A stretch of DNA of 54,208 bases, the filler included, from Diploschistes diacapsis (lineage: Eukaryota): NCBI GenBank assembly GCA_023645945.1. It is 5 parts of 5 records of this genome, joined end to end, with 100 filler letters (N's around TTAATTAATTAA, not from the genome) between each part and the next. Parts side by side here need not be neighbours in the genome. Positions count along the whole stretch, not along the records: positions 43,456 to 54,208 come from JALAIB010000895.1; 4 more parts are not named here. One strand, 5' to 3'. The notes under the pieces were generated by a model, which made no database searches, was not told the origin of the DNA, and saw only the letters and a program-made list of their open reading frames with translations. The translations under genes were made by a program, and so were the position numbers. Shown piece by piece: positions 47,278-54,208 of this stretch; position 1 is the first letter of the stretch, and each line of letters begins with the position of its first letter.

Positions 47278-49151
47278 TCACTTCCTCAAAAAGCTCCTCG
47301 CCCCCTTCTGCCGATACCCCGGAACTTCCACCTTCCTCCTACCCTTGAGCCACCCCTCCCTTATATGCGCGCTCGACTTGACTACAGGTGGCGGCAATGC
47401 CGAACTATGCTGCTGCAGTACGCGGACATAGGTATTGCCATGCTTGATATCTTTTATCGGCCTCATTTCGTTGTCGAGGCGTTTGCGCTTGCTCTTAGTT
47501 TGCTGTACGGGATCAGCTTTTCTGGGCTTTTGGAGGAGGGTGATCGGCGGCGATGTAGAAGGACGGGCTTTGCGGGGGACGGCAAAGATCTCGTCCGGAA
47601 GAGTGGCTGGTAGTGGTTTGTCAGAATTGAGGAGTGACCTGATTAGGGCACTGGTAGAGTCGAGGGTTGGGCTAGTAGCCTGTTGCTCTGAGGCGTCATC
47701 GGTAGACTCGACCAGCTTTTTATTCTCCGAGAGTTTACGCTTCTTGGAAGCCTTGGCTTGTTCTTTGAGGTCCTGGTCGCGTTTTCTTCGCCTTGTCTTG
47801 TCATCTTCCGCTTGTCTGAATTCGTCAGTAAGTGCAAATCAAGCCACTATGCCATATCATACTTCTTGATAGCCTTTGCAGCGCTGGAAGCAGCCGCCTT
47901 GGCCTTTTGCTCGCCCGATGCAGCAGTGACTTCCTCTGGGGCATCATCATCACTTTCCCGATCTGTCAACCCTTCCAAGCCAGTCTGTTGATCGAGCGCT
48001 TGCCTCACCGCTTCCTGTGACACTTTCGGTTTTGCAGCGCCCGCGACTATAGGAACAGGCTCGTCGTCACCGAATCTCATGTGCTTCGATTGCACTATAT
48101 CCGAGACTTGCTCTTGATTGCTAGTGACTTCAGTATCTTCATGTTTCTTGCTTTTCTTCTCTGCCAATCCCTTTTTTCGCTGCGCTGTAGATTCTGAAAA
48201 TCGAATTGATGCTGATGGACTCGCATTTCTCACTAGTTGCGATGATGTTTTTGTTCTGTCAGCCAAAGCAAAATTTGTGGAAGCTTCAGGGGCGGACCGG
48301 GTTTTTGGCGCATCGGGAATCTTAATCGACGAAGCTTGAGAGCTGCCCTCCTGGGGCCCTACCTCTGGTCTAGCGACTGAGGTGGCCTGCTCTCCTGGCG
48401 CATCAGAGATCTCGATCAGTGAAGCTTGAGAGCCAGTTTCCTGAGGCTCCATGTTCGCTTTAAGCGTTGACGCGGACCGATCCTCAGACTCGTCGGAAAT
48501 CTCAATCGGTGTAGCTTGAGAGCCGCTATCCGAAGGCCGTGTATTCGCCTTAGCGATTGCTCTTTTCGAAGATCTGGCATGGTTGTCTGAGGTTTCTATG
48601 CCTGACGTCTCCCTAGGTTTCGCCTTGCTCTCGGGTGGCCTTCCGTGCATCATCACATCCGCATCAATACTTTCTATAGACGGATCCGCCGTGAAATGAT
48701 GAGTCCTTTCAATAACGATTTGAATACTTTGGTGAGAGCGTGTATGTTCACCGGTCCCATCCAATCCACTTGCAGTTGTACCCAGCGGATCCGGGACCGT
48801 ATTAACTCTTCCTGCTTCAACCTCCTTCGTCCCTCCGTTTCCCTTCCTCTTTGCATTATCTTCAAGTAGTCCACGACTGTTGCTCGATGCGTCTGTTTCC
48901 GGCAAATCGTGCTCTTCGTCGTTATCTATAATGACACTAACTTCCTGGGTGGGGTGTGTATGTTGAGAGGTTCCATCAACCTCGATTTCAGTCATGGCTG
49001 CCGGGCTTGTGGCCTTACTAGTGGCCTTGCTGCCTATTCCACCCACTCCATTCTTTCTCCCCCTTTCTGCATTAAATCCAGGCGACTCATGACCGCCGAT
49101 CGCCGTCCCTGTCTCCAGTAAACTATGCTCTTGACTCCTCGTTGTGACCAT
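47278..49151 (-). CDS. Protein with C-terminal Bud21/Utp16-like (U3 snoRNP-associated) region and long disordered N-terminus
   Basis: Exons 49151-47863 and 47815-47278 in phase; MVTTRSQ start, KHMRFGDDE, ESDDDAPEEVT, coiled coil, LPATLPDEIF, KDIKHGNTYVRVL, LPP...IREGWLKGR. Confidence 0.7.
48290..48550 (-). repeat. Three imperfect 90-nt coding repeats (GSQA..IEISD...)
   Basis: AGCTTGAGAGC recurs at 90-nt spacing (about 48333, 48423, 48513). Confidence 0.85.
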
Positions 49152-49606
49152 TCCCAGTATCCCAGCAGCGGCAAGCTTTCAATTCCCGTTACGCCAATGC
49201 CGCCTGTAACCTGATCAGCTTCGACAACGGATGCCCGAAGTCACAGAAACAGACAAGTCCCTCAGGAGTCAGTAGTCAGAAGCGATTTTCCCTCCACACT
49301 TTCCTGAACAGAAGCTCTAGTGTTGAAAGTTCCCATTATTGAATGATGTGCGCCAAGCCCCAGAAAAGCTTGAGCTGGCTCGCTTAACCATTCTGCTATA
49401 GTGTACTTTGAGCTTTTCTCCGAAGGATTTTTACTATTTACTGTGCCTTTCGCCCCGATGTGACCCTTCGCATGTCTCAGCCTTTGGGTGCCTTACAAAA
49501 TCATACCTCAACCTCTGCGCTTCAAGAACGGGTAATAAAGCCTCAAATCTGCGCCATGCCATCAGATCCTTCTATGGAGATATACAACGGAAAAGCACTA
49601 TAGGCA

Positions 49607-50971
49607 ATGTGGTGCTCCTACGTTTCAAGTGGTGCAAAAAGGGTTGTTTCAACGCGAACGATAACACATCACGTTCCAATCAGGACTTACGCAAAGCTCT
49701 CACCTAGGGTTCTCGCTCTCCAGAGAATAGGAAAGGAGAGAGCTCCCAAGTCTAAGAACCCCCATGGAAGCACGGAAGAAGAACGCAACTGGCCGTTAGG
49801 CCTGATTGAAGCTGCGTACAAAACTGGCAACCTGCCTATCGCCCCATTCGCTGCGATCAGGGTGCTCGAGGATTTTGCAGATTTGCAGCAGCGGAGTCTT
49901 CTATCACAGGAGAGGGCTGAAAGCTTTGTTCAAGGTGAAGGCAAAGGCACATGAGCGACATGTCGGTCCTGTTGAACTGATTCTTAGTTTGCAGACCATC
50001 AAATTACACCACGGGTGTTAGGCACCCTGGCAAAGATCCTCTTGCGTAGCTCCTCAGTAAAGCTAGCCTTGCCTCTCCTCTCTGCCGCCTCGGCTCTCCA
50101 GGATGAGGATGCAACCTGCATTCTGGTAGAGGAAGGCCTCAAGCATGGTAGAGCCCAAGATCTTCAGCATGCCAAACTTCAAGGTCCGTTTGGACAGCTC
50201 CAGAAACTCGCTGTGGCAGGCAATCCCGCCGCAGTGCTTCTGCAAGCGAGGCTTCTGGAACTTAAGGGGAATTTGAAGGAAGCATTGGAAGGGTTCAAAA
50301 GCGCGATTCTGCAAGCTTCGGCCAATCAGAATGGGGAGAAGACTGACCATCGGACAACGCTTGCTGAGGCTTGGCAAGGTGTAGCGAGGGTCGAATTCAA
50401 ATTTGGCAATTCTGAGAAAGAAGTGGAAGCGTTAGAAGTCGCAGCTTTGCAATACGATAACTCAGAAGCGATTTATAAATTAGCGCTGAAGAGACACGAC
50501 GATGATGCACCTTCAGAGGCTGCGGAGCTGTTTCTAAAAGCAGCGGTTTCCGGCATCGGAAACGCAGCTTTTATGCTAGGAACGATACTTTGCTCGCAGA
50601 TGGAAGCTAAAGAGGAAGATTCATCATCTCCACAGTCCGGAATTCAGATTCAAGGACAAAAATTCATCAAAGAATACAACATGATCAAGGAATGGTTCAC
50701 AATTGCATTAGAGTCGGCGCAGGCGCACTCGGATAGTACTGGGAGAGCACAGGCGAGCTTGCAAATTGCAAGAGTCTTGCGCAAGACCGGGCAATTAGAA
50801 CAAAGTGTGGCATGCTTGGACCAAGCGATCGCGCAGATGCAGCCAAATACCCCCCCCATTCACTCACTGAGAGAGCTGTGGGGAGATCCAACATTCAATC
50901 CCACGAGCAAGGATATCAAAAGCTTGTTCTGGACCGATCGTTTTCTGGACCATACCAGATACGAAAAATGA
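49607..50971 (+). CDS. Helical-repeat (TPR/SEL1-like) protein, probably mitochondrial
   Basis: Exons 49607-49934 and 49995-50971 in phase; basic, acid-poor N-terminus; SEL1-like motifs (DNSEAIYKLA, FLKAAVSGIGNAAFMLG, EWFTIA). Confidence 0.7.
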
Positions 50972-53900
50972 AGGAAATCATATCCTCGAGAGGCGATCCT
51001 GTCCGATGATATGCGACGGATCTTCCGGAGTGGCGCCATAGTAGGCCCTTTACACAAACCAATTCTAAATACAGGTTGCACCAGCGATATCTTGCATCTT
51101 ATTCGTGCAGCACACCGAAATGCTACAGCATCTTGATGAGCGCCAGGCCACATGGTGGAAAAGGCCGGGCTTGTAATGCTTCTTTTGCCTAGGGTGCAGA
51201 AGATCACGAGCACGACCGCTTCGTGCAATGTAGTGCATGCCGACATACCTTGCAAGTCTGGGGATGACGCCGCGGCTCGCACGTTGGTGTCTCGTAACGG
51301 CTGCTTTCCTTCCCGACATGAGAATCGAGGTTGATAGCAGGCATGGCTAGCTGTTAGAAAATTAGGCGAAATCAGAAGAGCAAGCATCTTGTGAAAGACC
51401 CGAATAAGAAAAAGAAAGCAATCATTAGAACAAGACATTGACCTCTTCTCATCCTTGGAAGTTCCCACAAAACATGTTGCAGCAATCGTCATCTGCAAAC
51501 AGTGAGCCTGCTTTATACGTGGCACATCCGAGCAGGAGCCCAACGGGCTTTCTTAGATATTTGCTATTGACTTACGGGTCTCTTCTTACCTTAGATTGGT
51601 CTTTGGATCTGATATACCCAAGGTAAGAGGTAAGAAATCGAACAGACCGCGCAAGATGCAGCGTTCTCGCGAGCTTATTTGATCAAAGTAACCAGTAATT
51701 GTTCAGAATTAAAGATTGTAAGAGATAGGAAGCGTCCGTGCTTCTTCTTGACATTCCGAATGCAAGGAAGGTTTTACCGAATTATTGACGGTATGCAAAG
51801 TAACTTCATTTCGTAGCTTGCAAGTTGACTGCTTCCCCAGAGGGTCATTAGACTGGTCATGGTAAGTCTGGCATGACCGATTGAACCAAGGCTGTGTTTT
51901 AAGGCGTTAATCAGGGCCAGCGCTTATTCCATCAAGTATTTTCCTATTCCGAAGATTAAGAATTCAAGCAAACCTATTGCTTTGTGATTCTTGCTAGGCC
52001 ATGTGTGCTGGAACACACTTTCACGAGCGCCTGTTGTCCTGATGCTCAGGTCAATCCAGGCGGTAATTCGGAATGTTTTTGAATAAACAACCTTCATTTT
52101 TGATGGGAGAAGAGATTGAATCCGAGTTTCGGCGGATGACCATGTGCTCTGTGTCCAATCCTTCGACTGACAGCGGGTGCGTGCTGCTTGCATACACTGA
52201 CTGCTAAGTCAAATCCAGGCGTAAATTGGTAAGCAAGGTCCTGAGTATGTGGCTCAACAGTGATTTCAGTTTTCCCCTTGGCTCGAGTAGAAACCCACAG
52301 TTTTGGTCGCATGTCGCAGACGAAGACTATGATCATCCGTCACGAACACGAGCTTCGTAGACTGTCATTTTTGGTACGACCAGGCGATAAGATATCGCAA
52401 AACAGGTAAGCCTAAGTTTGAAAGAAATCTTCAAGCCCAGTAAATCAAATCGTACGATGCTTGTGGGGGATCTGGGTGTCGGCCCAAAAGCAAAGAGGAA
52501 AGTGACCATGCCCATAGAAGGAAAGGGAGTTATTTCTGTGAGACTCTTTTCGGTGTATTACCGCAACGGTTTGCCAGATAATATTGGACGATGCCGTGGT
52601 TGCGCAAGGAACAGGGCTCGAGGGTGATTGCACAGTATTTGTACTCCACGATGTGCTTGCATTTGCTTTTCCCGGTTTCGAGCGCCTGCTTCGGTCAAGG
52701 CTTTCTCCTGCAAATGCAGGGCCACGGGCACTTTCTTGACGTATGTTGCGGATCTGCAGAAGAAGACAGGATGCACCATCAAAGTGGATAACATGGCTTT
52801 AAGAACCACTGCATCGGGATATTTTGACAGGCTGAGCATACTCCCCTTTGGTACTAATTCACCAGTCGTCTTGCGTTCCTGTAGACAAGTCCTACACCAT
52901 CCACCGTTAGTTAGTTCGAGCCACATGCCCTCTCCGGAAATCAAAGTGGGCTGGGCCAGGGGGGTTATCAACCGTACTTCAGGCAAGCTTGAAGCGCTCT
53001 GCAAGCCATGACTGGTATCACAATGCTTCTTTTCAAAAAGCTGGCGTCTTCTTGATCTGAAGATGCGAGGTTACGCAGCCGGGTATGCATGTGAAGCTCA
53101 ATAAATCCACCACACATTCGCAGAACAGCAGAGCATTGGCTCCAGTGCTCTTGTCGTGCATATGACCCTCGTGTACAGCAACTGGTTGTGAAATTTTTTC
53201 GTCGCGTAGTGCTGTGGTCAAGTTCCAGGATCAGGTTTATCCGGACGAATTCGTTAAAGTAAGAAGTTATTAACTGCCAAAAGTACTTCCGTATGTCAAC
53301 AAAAAGCCTTGAATTCCTGGAACGATTATGTTGACTTACTTCGCCTGGCCTCTAGAAATAAATTGTAGGCGACTCTGTAGAACAATCCAGTACAGAGTAC
53401 CGGACGGAATGCCACAGCATCCATGGGCACAACCTCCTTTGCTGGTGTTCCGTACGCTCCCAAGAAGGTACTGAAGCAAAGTTTCCAAGTTAAGAATAGC
53501 AAAGCTGTGACAGCTCGAACGTATCTCGTGATGCCTGCTACTGCCGTTGTCCGCAATCTATCGCAAATAAGCTTCGTGGACGAAGATAGGTCTGACAATG
53601 GATGGCAGCGACGGCCTCAGAAAGGTGACAAAGCATGCAGGCTAGTTATCAAAGCAGGGAGGCAAACCGTGCTGTTGGTGGCATGCGCTGTATTTGACCA
53701 CTTCATGTATCTTGCCGGGTTTTGTTAAGCTTAGACCGGGAGAGCAGAGTAGGATTGGGATGATGATGCAGGCTTTGGTAGTAACGACGCTGTTTCCTAA
53801 TCAATGGACGAGAGCCGTCAGAGATTGTGTAGCAAAATCGAAGGGTTGGAAAGTAGGGTTTGAACCTGTTTAACATGCCCATCCAGTATTTAGTATTTGC

Positions 53901-54208
53901 GATCCATGAATTTCATGTCCGCACAAAGTCCGCTCAGTGTGCCGAGAGGCCATTGTTGAAAGTTGCGTGGATTTGTGTGTCGAGTCGATTCCTTAGTATC
54001 ATAATCTTATGCTTGTGTCGATACAGAGTTGGTTTGTTGAAGATCATAGAAGAAATGACCAGACATGACAAGACATGACATGACATGACATGGCTTGGGT
54101 TGATGTACTTTCTAGTTTCAACTGCCCACGATGCTTTGGAAAATTGAAAATTGAAAATTCCACCAGTCTTTCTTACCCCCCCAAACCACTCCCAATCCGC
54201 TCATTCAT

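Overview
Eukaryotic (filamentous ascomycete, Pezizomycotina-type) genomic DNA with short spliceosomal introns (CTRAY branch sites). The window is not a continuous locus: it is five contigs of 10772, 10766, 10760, 10757 and 10753 bp, in descending size order, joined by identical artificial 100-bp linkers (44N-TTAATTAATTAA-44N), so gene neighbourhoods across linkers carry no information. Contig 1: MGMT/ATL-family alkylation-repair gene, Rap1 telomere protein, intronless trypsin-like (Nal1/Ssy5-type) protease, partial MCT-family MFS transporter. Contig 2: F-box-like/LRR protein, an 8-exon eIF1A gene absent from the ORF track, a betaine-lipid synthase (BTA1) pseudogene, and a small LEA-like 11-mer repeat gene. 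Contig 3: about 4 kb of probable decayed gene, ERG10 thiolase, ERO1, and exon 1 of a cyclophilin. Contig 4: Cdc1 metallophosphoesterase, a secreted His/Cys/Pro-rich repeat protein, PCD1 Nudix hydrolase, MDM38/LETM1, and a partial CCCH-Smr protein. Contig 5: RMD1, a Bud21/Utp16-like protein and a TPR/SEL1-like protein. The most interesting signals are recurrent GC-rich islands with a C-rich-left/G-rich-right skew inversion independent of gene direction, an MGMT-type protein with Trp in place of the catalytic Cys, an H/ACA-like hairpin in the cyclophilin intron, 33-nt exons equal to single LEA repeats, three atypical splice sites in RAP1, and decay of BTA1. No tRNA, rRNA, CRISPR or intact transposon was seen. 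All family assignments come from motif recognition by eye, not from database searches.
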